Positions 11,531 through 25,549 of a stretch of 64,000 nucleotides of DNA are shown here, one piece after another. Position 1 is the first letter of the stretch; the number at the start of each line of letters is the position of its first letter. Origin of the DNA: Camelus ferus. Taxonomy: Eukaryota. The stretch lies in NCBI RefSeq assembly GCF_009834535.1, contig NC_045696.1, forward strand, positions 19,160,001 through 19,224,000, in the 5' to 3' direction. The notes under the pieces were generated by a model. The model did no database searches, was not told the origin of the DNA, and saw only the letters and a list, made by a program, of their open reading frames with translations. A program made the position numbers and the translations under genes.

Positions 11531-13189
11531 ATTATTAAGCTTTTCTTCACATATTTTCTAAAAATTGTTTTCTTTTATCACCTGGATCCTATGAAGCATT
11601 AATAAACCAGCTATCCATTGTGTTTTGCTTCGGTTTTTGAATGGATAAGGCAAATATACTTGCAGTGTGAGTAGAAGTCCTGTATTCAATTGGAAGATTT
11701 TTTGTAATCTCATCATTTACAAAGTTTAATTTGAGGAATTTTAAGATGCTCCTTAAAAGGAAAACTTGCATTTGTCCTAAGACTATGTAATTTAAGTTCA
11801 TCATGCACTTTTTTTTTTTTTTTTGCATCACTGTTTATTGTCCTGGGAGAAGGGAAAATAACTGATGAAGACAAGAATGATGAATCATAAAGAAAATAAT
11901 AAGGCTCTCTATTTTTAATATAATGTGTCTTAGTCCCACTAGATCCCCCATATGTCGGGATTTTCTTTATGCTGTCAATCTCGAAGGATATAAAACACTA
12001 GTTAATCACGTTGCTTTTTATCACCCCCTAATAGATCAGCATGCATTTCACACTGCACTAGGCCGGCATGATAAGAATATGGAATCAAGGAACTTTCTAA
12101 TGTTCTGCTGTCTCAGCTGGTACCTATGATTGATGCTGCAGTTGCTAACATGGAATCTGTGCTTGCTCCTATCAACGTAAGGCAACTGGAACAGAAAGCT
12201 GAAGTAATATTAAAGTGATAAATAAGCCTGTCACCTAAAAACCACACCTTTCTTTAAAATCTATTCCTAGTTTAACACACCTTGTTAAGCCACACTGGTT
12301 CGGAGACTCAGCATGGTTCACTAAGATTTCTTTCCCTTAAAATGTACACATTGCCCAAGATGATAATAAATCCACATATTCAGATTGATTAAGATTGGAT
12401 CAAGAACACATTGAATTAATTTTAGCAGTTAAGAACAGCATCTGGGCGAGAGAAGCAATGAGCTCTAAAATAATGGTTTAAACCAATGAATTTTTTTCCT
12501 TTTAAGAACTTAAAAAAAAGTCTGGGACTGATACTGTGGCTCCAACAAGTTTTGAAAGCAAACCAGTCCCATTCTGACGTCATTTGTCTCCATCCTTTTG
12601 GTATGATGCCCATGTTTACATTTGCAATGTGGCTGCCAGAGATCTAGCCATTAATTAAGCTGGTATTTCCTGAAGTTAGAAGTCCAAACACAAATGAGGT
12701 GCATATTGAATTAACCCTTTAAAGGGTTCCCAGTGACTTCTGCCTTTATCACATTGATAAAAATTGTATTGTGTGGTGACAAGAGCTGCAAAGGAAGTTA
12801 GAGAGATCTTTTCTGGGGGGAGGAAGGAGAAACTTATTAAAGCCACAGCTAAAGTAAGTTCTATACTTAGCAGAAAGGAGAAAATGGATACTGAGGAAAA
12901 CTAGCTGTTTTGTCACATTTATCAGAGTGAGAGAAGCCTGCTTTTAGCAACTTGTGTAACTGACTAAAAAGGGAAGAATTAAATAGAGAGATGTAAGAAA
13001 GGTCACAATCAAGCAGATTTTTGCCTGGGATGCCCATACCGTTAGACCCAGAAGAGGGCAAAAGAAAGTAAAACACATCCCAACCTGTTCCTTTCAGGCC
13101 CACTGGAATCTCATACACTTCCACATTTCCAGCTATTTTTTCTGTACTGATAACTCTCAAATATGCACAACAAATCTTTCTCTCCCTTC

Positions 13190-14590
13190 ATTCATTATCT
13201 CATGGACACAGACACTTAAATACCCGAATGTTGACTAATTCACATCGATGTGTCCAAAGCTGCATCTGATGCTTTTTCTGTTTCTTAATTTCTGTTAATG
13301 GCTTGATTATCCTCTCTCAACCAGGATTAAAACTCTCTAGTTAACATTTATTCTGTATTCCTTTTCACTTGCTTTACACAATCAGCTCCCAGTCCTATAG
13401 ATCATATCTCCGAAATGTCTTTAAATAACCCCTTTATCTATCCTTACTGCCTTCATCCTCATTCGTATCCTGGGTTTCTCAAGGACAAACTATTTTCCCA
13501 GCTTTTTCTCTTTCTCTTCTACAATCTTTTTTTTTTTTTAACAACAAATGGACTGATTTTTTCAAAAAGTTGTGCATTAGTCAGAGTTGTCCAGAAAAAC
13601 AGCTAATATTATATACATATACATATATATGTGTGTATATATATATATACACATATATATATATAATTGGTCTATGCAATGCCATATATGTGTATATATG
13701 CCACCTGTAAGCTGGAGATTCAGAAAAGACAGTGGTATGATTCCCTGAGTCTGAAGGCCTCAGAACCAGGAAAACAGATGATGTAAATTGCAGTCAAGGG
13801 CAGGAGAGGATCAATGTTCCAGCTCAAGTAGGCAGGCATGAAGAAGTAAAAGGGGCAAATTGCTTTTTCTTCCCCTCTCCACCTTCTTTTTTTTTTTTTT
13901 TTTAATATATATACATTTTTATTGAAGTTTTATTTAGGATTCAGCAGGTGGATAATGCACCCCCCCCCCCCCCACATTGGGAGGGCTAGCAACATTACTG
14001 AGCTCATCAATTCCAATGCTAATCTTATCTAGAAACTCGCTCACAGAGACACCCAAAAGTATTTACTCTGGGCACCCTTGGCTGACTCAAAATGATACAT
14101 AAGATTAACCATCACACCTTGATTCTATCACATTGGTCCCTTAAAGAAAGTCATTCAAACATCACAATACCTCATATAGTAAAAAAAAAAACCCTCAAGA
14201 TAGGTTCCTAACCTCTTAATAATATCACTCCAATTCACTTTGCCTGTCGTAATTTTTAACTCCTATCATGTAAGACATTTCAAGTAACAGACTAACTACT
14301 TACTCACTTAAAAACCCTTTCTCCTACATCTGGACTCACGTTCTAACCTTCCATCTCAGAAACAAGTTCCTAGCTACATTTATTGGAATTTTATTCTTCT
14401 TCAATTCAAATTTAAATGAAGCTTGCCCCATAATGATTTTTTTCCAAGTGGCTGTTACTTAAAAAAATTTTTGAGACTCTAGTAACATTTAATATTTTAC
14501 CTCTTTTAGTTATTTAACTTATAACCCCTTCTTATTCAAGAGATTCAATATTTTTATACTCTCTGTTGGATTGTATATTCCAGAATACAT
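13190..14590 (+). mobile_element. L2 remnant split by the MLT2 insertion
   Basis: atgtgtccaaagctg...tctgttaatggc...tcctatagatcatatctccgaaatgtct on the left; L2-like pyrimidine-rich sequence resumes after 14116. Confidence 0.55.
13573..14116 (-). mobile_element. MLT2 (ERVL) solo LTR with internal (TA)n and a tiny L1-tail insertion (~13887-13929)
   Basis: tgcattagtcagagttgtccagaaaaacag ... gagtctgaaggcctcagaaccagg ... aatgctaatcttatctagaaac ... acataagattaaccatcaca is the reverse complement of MLT2. The internal poly(T)+tttattgaagt is a reversed L1 terminus. Confidence 0.85.
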
Positions 14591-14817
14591 AATTATTAAT
14601 GATACTAATTAATAATATATCTTCTGATAAACATATCAGGAGTATATCACCATATAGAAATGACATATTTATGTGCTTATAAAAATATAGACAGATTTAT
14701 GGATTGTGAATCAGGTCTGTGATATGGTACATGGTGCATGGTTCACTATCAGAGATCAATGTTTGTCTTCAGCCCATACAAAGATTACCTCTGCTACAAC
14801 GTGAAGGTAGTCTACAT

Positions 14818-14981
14818 CAGTGCTATTCCAACTTTAATGTCCATATGAGTCATTTGGGAATTCTATTTAAAACGTAGATTCTAATTCAGTAAGTCTTTAT
14901 AAGGCCCAAGAGACCACATTTCATTCAAGCTTCCCAGTGACTTGATCCTGCAAACCCTCTAATCACACTTTGAATAGCAAG
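14818..14981. mobile_element. MER5 (MER5B-like) hAT MITE
   Basis: cagtgctattccaactttaatgtccatatgagtca...gtagattctaattcagtaagtct...cacactttgaatagcaag. Confidence 0.75.
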
Positions 14982-15020
14982 GGCAATAAAGAAACAATTC
15001 AGAAGAAGGACATTTGAAAG

Positions 15021-15022
<2 letters not shown>

Positions 15023-15057
<35 letters not shown>
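15023..15057. repeat. (TG)17 microsatellite
   Basis: Perfect dinucleotide run, read directly. Confidence 0.97.
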
Positions 15058-15058
<1 letters not shown>

Positions 15059-15304
15059 TAAGCCTACACACTACACACTATAAACGGGACACTAATAACA
15101 ACAGCGTTCACTTCACACTTTTGATGCAGGTTAGATTCAGGCTAAGAAAGTGTTTTAGGGATGCCATTGTGTTATTCCTTTGATCAAATATCAGTGTGAA
15201 AATAGGTACACAATTTTCTTTAGAGAATTGAAATTACATATGTCAAAAATGCAAACATGGCAGTTGTTAATAAATAAATCATATATGTCTTTAATTGTAA
15301 CCAG

Positions 15305-15805
15305 CATCAACTGAAATTAAGGTACAACTTAAAAGTTGAGAGTTATGTTTTGTTCGGTGGACAATTCTGAAGACTCGAGCTGGGATGACAGCCTCTCAGA
15401 TGGCTCTGAGGGACTGCTCCGAAGAGGTAGGGGAGGAGCTAGGATATATAGGAGCTTTACAACAAAGACCAGGTAGTTGGAACAATAAAAGATTACTTGT
15501 TATCTAAAGAAAACCAGACATCTCAAGTTAAAGAATGTAGTGCTTTTCTATGTAGGGAGGAAGCAAACATTTGGGCTCATTGAATTCATTCCTTTGACAA
15601 GCACCTAGCTCTCTAGGTCCAGTGTCCTGTCCTTTCTTATTCTGAGTCCCCTCAGGGTGCACCATTGTGAGTGGCTGCAGAGGCCGGGCTGCAGGCTTGT
15701 CTTCACTGGGGGTTGGGGCAGCAGCTGATGACTTGATGGCTTCAGCAGTCTGTTTACTGATATGGTTGCAGTATTTTCATTCACATTGCAGTATTTTCGT
15801 TCACA
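15305..15805 (-). mobile_element. Well-preserved ERV1 solo LTR (MER41-like), with a duplicated terminal 20 bp
   Basis: gacagcctctcagatggctctgagggactgctccgaagaggt...aaagaaaaccagacatctcaagttaa...tgggctcattgaattcattcctttgacaagcacct resemble MER41-class LTRs. The minus strand begins TGTGAA. Confidence 0.75.
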
Positions 15806-17447
15806 TAAGTAATAAGTTAATTTGCCTTGTTTTTCATCTCAAAGGCATTTTATGCTTAAAAAAAATCCCTCTAAGATGTTTTGTTTACATTTGTTTTAAA
15901 TAAATGAAGTCATATACAACACTGGCTTATTTATTGGTAACTTGATGAATAAAAAAAATTACAAACTAGCCCTAAGTTTATGCTGATAAGTTACGTTGAC
16001 GAAAAGTTCAAAGTAAAGGTTTACAAAATTATTGTATAGTGTTCTTTTTATATAATTTTGGTATTCTTAAGTATAATTCACTCATCTGAATTTTTCACAC
16101 AGACACACACACACACAGATAGATACACATACCTGCTCAGTCATTCTCTTCTGATTTTACTAGATGTTTCAAGTAAAATACTTGAAATACTTCCCCATAT
16201 AAATCCCAGAATGTATTAGAAAGTAACTGATCAAAAAATAGATTATTTTTGATCCTGAAAATTAAAGGTGATTATATACTTTAAAGCAGCCACGTTGATT
16301 CTGATTTAGCACTCTATGATCAGCAGATATGGGCCTAAAATATTTAACACTACATTTGTAAAATCTGTGTTTAATCCCAAATTCTATTATTATATCAGCT
16401 AAGGATAGTATGGCAGCTCAGATAAAATATATATTTTTAACCTAATTTTATCATTAGTATTCTGTCAGTTTTGCTGAAAAAAAAAAAGATTAGCTGTGAT
16501 TTGCTGTGATTATAAATCTTAAACTCAAAGATTACACATTTTGTGTGTGTTCGTTGTTATCTGAAAACAGCAGGAGGGGTGCTTAAACCTGTGAGGAACG
16601 TACCATTAGTCTCATTGGATCTATTATCTGAGGGCAACAGTGGCTGCTGGCTCAGTGAAGCAATAAATTTAGAAAGCATGCTTCAACTCTCTCAACAAGC
16701 CTTATTATTTTTAAAAAATTTTAGTAGGTCAGTGTTTTGAGGTCTCAGTGACAGTCAACATCATGTTACGAACCTATGTGTGAAAAAAATAGGAGGATTA
16801 TGAATCGTACAAAATATTGTGATAAAACACAGCATTCATCATTCTACTTGCTATTACTCTGGTTACTAAAAATTAGTTTAATAAACAGTATGTAATTTTT
16901 TGAACTCAGAAAAATCATGCTGAGCATTTGGACCCTTTGAGGTCAGCTTACTCCAGGAACAGTTGAAATTTTCTTAGGAAGCCTGCAGGAAAAAGTGAAT
17001 GATAATGGAGCAACTGTGACCCATGAGGAAAGTAATTATATCAGCCTGCTTTGAGGAGGGCATTCAACTCCCATAGTATCATTTGAAAGTTTCTTGACAT
17101 TGGAATTTATACCAATATAGAAGAGTTTCTATTAAACATGTTAATTCTTGATAGAGTGAAAATAGGAGACAGGAAATTCTATTCATCTGGCCATAGAATA
17201 ATTTGAGAATGAAATAGTGAGAAGAACTGCAAATTGCCAGAGGAAGAATCACATAAACAAATAACAATATTTACTGAACACCTATTATGTGCTAGGAATC
17301 TTCACGTGATTGGAACAGAAAAAGAAGAGGTTACCTTGTTGTGAGAAGAGCTAAGGCAAGTGGTACACTGAAAATGGAATAACAATGAAGGAGTTTTTGA
17401 AGGATGGGGAAGATGGAATCTGATAATCAAAAATTCTAATCAATTCC

Positions 17448-17794
17448 TGTCTTAGATTGGGTTCTTAAAACAAAATACAATCTAAAGTATCAGGTATTTA
17501 TTTCTGACAGTTCTAGATGCTGGGGAGTCCATGATGAAGGTACCAGCAGATCTGATTCCTGGCGAGAGCCCTATTCCTGTCTTTTGAATGGCCGCCTTGT
17601 TACTGTGTCCTCACAGAGAACAAATTCTTCCTGTTCTTATAAAGACACTAATACCATGGCAGGGGGTATACCCCTATGACCTCATCAAACCTAATTACCT
17701 CCCAAGAGTTCCCCTTCACATATCATCACAATGAGAGTTAGGGCTTCACATAGGAATTTGGTGTGGGAGGGTCACAAATGTTCAGTCCGTAACA
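17448..17794 (-). mobile_element. MaLR solo LTR (MLT1A-like)
   Basis: TGtcttag...cagttctagatgctggggagtccatgatgaaggtaccagcagat...acctaattacctcccaa...ttcagtccgtaaCA; flanks attcc/gttcc are a 4/5 match to a 5-bp TSD. Confidence 0.88.
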
Positions 17795-17959
17795 GTTCCC
17801 TTCATTGTGAAGAAAAGAAATTTAGTGTTGATTTCACATATATCCTAAATCATCAAACTTTGTTATCTGTCTTAATCCCAATTTTTTTGAGTAGCAGGAA
17901 TCTCTTCTATTGTCCTCAACCTCAGAGGCTCAATCAGACTAAGTCTAAGGGGATGATAA

Positions 17960-18190
17960 TGAGTATGTGTTTTCAAGTCAGAAAAACCCTGGTTAGAACC
18001 CTGGTTCTACCTCCTACTAGTTGGATAATATTTAGTACATTACTAACTGCTTTGAGACCTGCTTCTTTCTTTGGAAAATATATATAATGATACTTAGGAG
18101 AGATTTTTTTGAGGATTAAATGAGCTAATATATGCAAAGCATTTCAGAAGGTTCCTGGCCCACGTAGAGGTTCAAAATAAGTTTGTTGAC
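17960..18190 (+). mobile_element. MIR SINE
   Basis: agtcagaaaaaccctggttagaaccctggttctacctcctactag...gaggattaaatgagctaatatatgcaaagcatttcagaaggttcctggc. Confidence 0.8.
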
Positions 18191-18515
18191 AAACAAACGA
18201 AAGAAAATTGACAGCTCTTTTTCAAACTTAATAATAAGATAGAGAAAACAGGTGTTTCTATGGAGTGAAATGATGAAGATATATCTACATATACATATGT
18301 ATACATATATATACACACATATACAGCGAGTAATCCACTCCAGACCTCATTTCACAGTACTGGACCTTGAAGAATTTAATGGATTTTGTTTAAGTCCTGA
18401 AGAGTCCTCACATTGAAGAATGAGTTATTGAATGATTACTCTGTGATAGACATAATTCTATTGCTTTATATAGAGTTTAATTCCATTGTCTTCAAAGAAT
18501 CCCTTTGCAGATGCT

Positions 18516-18517
<2 letters not shown>

Positions 18518-18548
<31 letters not shown>

Positions 18549-18670
18549 CTGTTTTAAAGATGAGGAGATTAAGTCACAGAGGGGTTAATCTATTTGACCA
18601 AACTCACACAACCAGTAGGTAACAAAGTCAAACCGAAACCTTGGCAATTTGACTCTGGAGCTTGTATGCT
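18518..18670 (-). mobile_element. (T)31 tract followed by a MIR core fragment
   Basis: T run at 18518-18548, then ttttaaagatgaggagattaagtcacagaggggttaatctatttgaccaaactcacacaaccagtagg. Confidence 0.7.
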
Positions 18671-21242
18671 TATAGTTCTTTATACTTCTTCTCAAAATTC
18701 AGAGTGAATATTAACAGTAGCATCTCCTATTTTGTTAGTTTGTTAATATTTCTAGAATATTTGGATATCATATACTATAAATGTTAAAATATTTCCATAA
18801 ATGCAGTTTTATTTTTAAATTTAGTCAGTTGGTTCCTATTTGGAGAAATAGGCATATTTTCAATTTTAAGCTTTAAACATCACAATAAATATCTAGTGAC
18901 ATATAAAATTTAAAGTTGAAGAAATAGCAGCTCCTTTCACAACAAAACATACCCAAAGTTTATTGTTAAATTTTCAAATACTTGTAATAAAGGTGTAACT
19001 TAAAAATCAGTTTTATAATGATGATATACTAATTAAATATTGTGATATAAATTCTACTGTCTGTAATATCTGTAATCCCAACAGGCAAGTTATTCTTTAT
19101 ATATTTGGATTTATATTTAGTATTAGAAAATAAATTCAGAAGAATTTTTTTTTCTTGAAACCTTCCCTCTATCCTATCTTAAAGCTATCCAAAGACCTAA
19201 AATGCCACTAAAAATAGAAAAATAAGAATAAAGTCTGGGTAATCACTAGATTTTCTATAACCAGAAAGCCTTCAGATATCTATAGCTTCAGGAACTCTCT
19301 CTGTAATAAATCTTAAAGGTGGAGGATTTAAGAGTGATCTACTAGTTTTATCAGGATTCCTCACTCCATATATGTTCTCTACCTTGTTGGCATCCACCTC
19401 AAAGCAAGTGTTAATATCTACATCAAGATAATATCTGATTTTCTTCTTAGGCTTTATTAGAATGTGGAGCTAGGGCTTATATTGACAACATAGAAATTAA
19501 AATAGTATGATTCTATTAAGCCTTTTGTTTGTAAATAGAATTTTTATAAACATAATAGGCACCGGAAATATGATAGCATGCTATATATCGCTGTTCCTTA
19601 TTTTTATAAATTAACATTTGTTTTAAAAATACAAGGGCTGTCAAAAACTAAATATATGGCAATAATTTTGTTTCCTATTTGCACAGCATCCTATTACTAC
19701 CATGAATCTTAACATCCAAACTACTGATTTTTTCTTATCTTGGTTAATGTAATTTCTCCTTAAGAAAGATTATTCTAAGAAACATGCTTTTTTATTTATG
19801 TTTCAGAACAAATTTAACAAACTATTAATCACTTCCACAATCACGTAGTGTATGTGATTTAAAAATCATTTTTTAAAATAATGAAATAATGGAAATAGCA
19901 TGGGGTTTTGAGAGGTACAGTATTATCCTAAATGTGTGATAATGAACTGATTTTGTAACTTCTTTTAGTCTCGATTCCATCATTTGTAAGATGAGAATTA
20001 AGACATATATATATATAAAAATTCAAATGACTTTTTATCAAATAACTACTTCATATAAAGTATTTAGTATAGCTTTTAATACTAGCAGGCATCTGATTTA
20101 CATGTTAATGGATTCAGTCAACAAAAAATATTTATTGAGCATCTACCACATGCCAGACACTTTTTCTGGGTACTAGTAACATGCAATGGGAACAAAACAG
20201 ACAAAGCTTATACTTCATAGTTGTATTTCACACTTCATACATTATAGATTGGAATATCATAAAAATAGAATATCATCTTAGAGTTTTATTTGGAGTATAT
20301 CTCAATTTTCATTAGAATTTAGTGATGCCATGAATTAAAGTCATCCAAAATCCATGTCGTGATATCCAATATTTGTTTGAATTGAATGGCAATAGTTTCT
20401 CCACAGTTATTACAAAAATGAAACATTTTTTATTACTTAATTCACAGTATTTGTAAAATGAAAACCCATGCATTTCTGAGGACAAAATGTTGAGGACTAA
20501 GTTAAATTTTCCAAAGAGTGTATATTTATGTTATAAGCAATACTTTTTAGTTATTCCAACAATAACTACAATGGTAAATTTCACATATGAATTTGTATGA
20601 TGTCCCTGAATAGAATGTACATTTGAGTAAAAATGATACTAAAAGATTCTTAGAATGGTGAATGCATAGGGCTCTGTGGCTAAAAGTTTCTCTTCAAACA
20701 TTGTTTGGCCTATTTAAAAAGAAATTTAGAATTAAGCTGCAAAACTTGAATCTCTAGGGAAACTAACTTAATATCCAGATTTCAAACTTGTTTGAAAATA
20801 AAAAAAATGGAAGATATGATAACCTTCGTTTCACCTAGCAACCAGACACTCCTTCCTGGAGTACCTGCTATCTCTTTAAATAAGGTATAAATTCTCCAGT
20901 TAGAGCTACATACCATAGCCTTACATTCTGACTGCTTTCCTGTTGGAATATTCTAGAAACTGAAAGTAAATTGTCCTCACTTTGTCTATGGAAAAACTTC
21001 AGCATTGTAAGTGATGGGTTTGGTTTTGTATTTTTCAAAATTTCTCTTATACATTTTTTTAACTTTTGGGTAACATGAGGAAGCCCAGATTTGGAGCTTA
21101 TGCATTCAGTCAAATAATTTATCCATTTTATCAAATAATTGGATTAATGGTCAGATGACCTCCATTTTAGGTTGTTATTCTTTGAAATGGGAAGTCAGGT
21201 AGCTTAAGACAGACTGATTCATTTCATAAGGAAATATGACTA

Positions 21243-21617
21243 TGCTGTGATCTGAACATTTGTGTTACCCCAAAATTTATATATTAAAATCCTAAAATCA
21301 AAGATGAAGGTGTTAGGAGGTGACTCCTTTGGGAGGTGCCCAAGTCCTGATGGTGGGGGCTTCCTAAGTGGGATTAGTGCTCTCATAAAAGAGGCTCCAG
21401 AGGTGTTTTTAACCCCCTTTACCATATGAGGAGACGAACAGGAGGGAGAAGGTGACAGCTCTGCACTAAGAAGAGAGCTCTCACCAGAACACAGCCATGT
21501 TGGCGCCTTCATCTTGGGCTTCCCAGTCTCCAGAACTGTGAGAAATACATGTTTGTTATTTATATGTTACCCAGTCTGCGGTATTTTGTTATAGCAGCCT
21601 GAACTGTTTAAGAAACA
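21243..21617 (+). mobile_element. MaLR solo LTR (MLT1A/MLT1A0-like)
   Basis: TGctgtgatctgaacatttgtgttaccccaaaatttatatatt...gggattagtgctctcataaaagaggctccagag...cttcccagtctccagaactgtgagaaatacatg...ggtattttgttatagcagcctgaac. Confidence 0.9.
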
Positions 21618-24589
21618 CAATGTCAGAGCATTAGTTTAGACACAAAAGTAGAAGAGTTTATATCTTTGGGTGGTTTACATTTGGGTGGTGAGATCAAAAA
21701 TAAATCAGTAAAAAGATTTACTTCTAATTTAAGATAACAAATGCTATTTTAAAAAAAATTAAAGATAGGAACAAAAATGATAAGACATGGGGATATGTAT
21801 TGTAAAATTACAAATATAGAAAGTCCTCTCTGATGACAGGACACAGTGACATGGAAGAATGTGAGGGATAAAGCTTGTTGCAGGAGGAAAAGCATCCCAG
21901 GTGGAGTTCTCAGGGTAACTTAATATTACCCAGGTGAAGTCCCAATCATGCTACAAAGACCTGGGTTATTGCCTTCAGATCCTTCCCACAATGTGACAGA
22001 GCATATAACAAAAATCAGTGATAGAAGTGGCTGGCCTAAATCCTACCTACTTCACATCCAGAATATGTAGAGTTACTGTCATTTTTCAAGGAGAAAATGG
22101 ACGTTATTTTAGATGAACTATTCAGTACACGATTTGGAAGATGTCACTGTTTAAAACTGGTTACATCTCACTCTGGAATGGACAGTAATTGATATCAACC
22201 CAGAAGAATGCAAGATGGAAAACAGTAAACACTGAAGAGTATAACCCTGAACCCTTATTTCCCAGCATTGGGAAATGGAAAGTCTAGATATTAGGATCAT
22301 ATAGTGTGAAATCAGGACTATATTTATTCATTGTTTCAATGGATATTAACTGAGTGACCTTTGTGTATAATGACCCCAAATCTTGGAGGCAGTGCAGAAA
22401 GAAGTTATAGAGATAATGTCTAAGTTTCTGTCTTTGATCACTTGGAAGTGCTAGTCAGGAAATTCAGGAGAAGGAACAGCTTTGGGAAGGTGAGAAGAAA
22501 CAAGGGGAAAGATGTGTAAACAAACCATTACTGGGTTTTGCTGGATACACTTTTCTTATATTGACCTGGCAGAGGACAGAGTGATGGCATTCTAGTAAGA
22601 GTTTGCATGCACTGAAGATAATGTAACTAGTGTTTCCTTAATGGTAGATTAGGGGATGAGAATATGAACTTCCAAAATGTTTTCAGCAGCTATTTGATTT
22701 AATGTATCAATCAGGCAAGTGGGACTGGTCCTTGCAGTGGGATGTGAGGGACGCTACATGACTGCCCGATAACCTCGACAGTTTCTTGATGCTGAGATGA
22801 CTTCAAGGATTTCTTTAAATCACATGAGAGATTATGAGGATTAAAAAAATCGTATGCTTTTCCTCACATTATTTCAAGTCCACTTCAAAGCTCAAAGAAA
22901 ATAACATTAAATTATAATAACTTCTTTGGTGCCTTCAGCAGTCATGGCCTGAAACACAAAAGTTATATTAATAAAATACTATTCAATAATTTGTACTGTG
23001 TTTGTTACATGGTAAAAAAATCAGAATACAAAACTACAAAACATGCAGTGTGCCCCCTTATTTTTAAAACCAGGCCTTAGGAAATTGGTAGTAATTTATG
23101 AAATATAACATTTGTATCAGCTTCAGCCACATAATATAAGATTAGCACTAGAATCTTTGTGTAAAACTGCCTAGTGAAGGGGCCAACTGCAGAACTAGTT
23201 AATGTGTTAAAATAAAATAAAAGCTGATCTAACTATTCAAAATTTATTTGTTTCCCAAATATAATGTTAACAAAGAGGGACAGAGAGAGGGAAAAAAACC
23301 AAATATGATGTTCTGTCAACTGTAGCCTTATATGATTTTGGAAGATGTACATTTTTCTTCATACAATTGTGCTGTGCCTTTTATAAATCATATAACATAG
23401 AAAGACAAGTGTAATCCTTGACTGAATGCAAGAGGAAAGACTTTAGAGCTAGTTGGGCATAACTTCTTAATATTTAATAATTCCACAATTATAATAAATC
23501 ACTTCATTATATGAATTATAATGAATTATAATGAATCACAGTTTCCAGTCACTGACAACTTCAGGCAAAATAAAAAGTCAATTTCATAAAATCTTTATCA
23601 TAGTTTTGCAATTTTTATATTTAAAATAATGTGTGGTTTTGTTTTCTTTCTATGATCCATTATCATCAAAAATGTTATTTGTTGGATTTTATTTCACTAT
23701 TCTGACTTTAAATTAAATCCACTATGTATCTGAGAAAACAATATAGCATATAATAATCTGCTTTTCATACATTTTCTGAGAAACATATATGGCATAAAAT
23801 TAAAAGTTCACAGTTTACATACATCAGTTAACCATCTGTAAGTACCTGATTCACCTGATTGTATCTTTCTTCCAATTGCTTCTGTAGAACCTTAAATATA
23901 ATTGGCATTATATCTTATAGTAATAAATAACAGACCTACCTTAGTTCTAAATATATTTAAATTATCCTGAATATTATAGCTTGTGATATAAACTTTCTTA
24001 TGAGTGTTTTATAGGGCCTCAATATTTTCTATGTAAAATACATTATAATAATTTTTTTCAAAATTTATTTTTCTCTCTGACATTATAAACAGCCTATTAT
24101 TTTTGCAAACAATTGTTAAATTATAGTACTCTGCCTTTTTCAGCTTTTCCGAATCTCCTACCTGGGATAAAACCCTCAGTTAATGTATCTGTAAAAACAT
24201 AAATTAAAATATAATGAAAAATTTCTTGTACATGAATCTGGGTATAATGCAGTTTCAAATAAGACATGATTGTTGATTGGTACCAGTTCTCAGACCCTCC
24301 CCTTTAGATATTTATGCTCTTGTCTTCTCAAAGTACTGTGTACAAGTCTTGTCAATAAAGAAAAAAACAGACAAATTTATCTGACTTCAAAATGATCTAC
24401 CTCATCTTGGAAAGATACTCTGAACTTGAAACAATGTCAAATTCTTATTGCAAATCTTTCCTAAGTTGTCTCCTTATTTTTTTTTCTTTTCTTAAACATT
24501 AATTGGTACTAAGTGAGATGCATTCTTTTTTTTAAAAATGAAAATATAGTACATCCACATCTTATACAAATAATACTTTTTCAATTTTT

Positions 24590-25081
24590 AGTAATGTTTC
24601 ATTTTAGAATAGTAGTATATTTACAGAAAAGCTTCAAAGAGAGTATAAAGTCCCTGTATGATCTGCACTCCATTTATCTTATTGTTGACATCTTACCTTA
24701 ATAAGGTACCTTAGTCACAGCCAATAAACCAATATAAATATGTTTTATTAGCTAAAGCTAATACCTATTCTATTGTTTTATGTTTTACCTCATGTCCCTT
24801 TTCTGATCCATGACCCCATATAGGATACCACATTATATTTAGTTGTCATATGTCTTTAAAGTCCTCTTGACTATTTCTCTTTCTTGTTTTTTTATGACCT
24901 TGGCAGTTTTGAGGGGACCTATGTGGTATTTTGTAGACTGTCCATCAATTTTGCCTTGTGTGGTATTTTTCGTATAGTTAGACTGGAGTTACAGGTTTGG
25001 ACGAGAAGGTGAACTTCCATTTTCATCATATAATTTCAAATATTCATGGTACTAACATGCCTTACCACTGATACTGTTAAC
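24590..25081 (-). mobile_element. L1MC-type 3' UTR fragment
   Basis: atttacagaaaag...ggataccacattatatttagttgtcat...ttatgaccttggcagttttgagg...gtattttgtagactgtcc; same type as 39090-39750, in the opposite orientation. Confidence 0.75.
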
Positions 25082-25549
25082 AGACCCTGTTTTTATAATA
25101 TTTTATATTTACATGTTGTAAAAAAAATTGAAATATATTTTACCTGGCACATAGTGATTTAAAGGGTAATTTGGGCACACTAAGAGGGAATGCACCTCTC
25201 AAGGAAAACTAATTTTTCAAGTATCTGAGACCATAATAAAACAACAGTGTCATTTTACTTAAAATTAACAGGAAAAAGCTTTTATATATAAGCATATAGG
25301 TATATGTGTCATTAAACAGTTCACTTTTCTATACTGGTTATGTGAGTGATCAGATAACATTCAGTAAGTTATTGGTGACCATAAAACAAAGAAGAGTAAA
25401 CAAATTAAATATTAGAAGGAAATAATACACTATAGTTGCCTTCTCTGCATTAAGCAGATTCTTGCTATGAAGCTAGATCTTTTGCTATGAAACTAGAATA
25501 ATCGAAATCTCTTGTTTCAAGTCTTCTGGACAGTGTTTGGATGGGTTTC

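Noticed and set aside
17731..18087. 118-aa ORF (likewise ORFs at 7192, 38814, 41300, 43809 and 62058)
   Set aside because: They run through decayed MLT, MIR, L2 or LTR sequence and are chance ORFs.
20660..20830. Possible hAT MER fragment
   Set aside because: Only one terminus-like motif; family and boundaries could not be supported.
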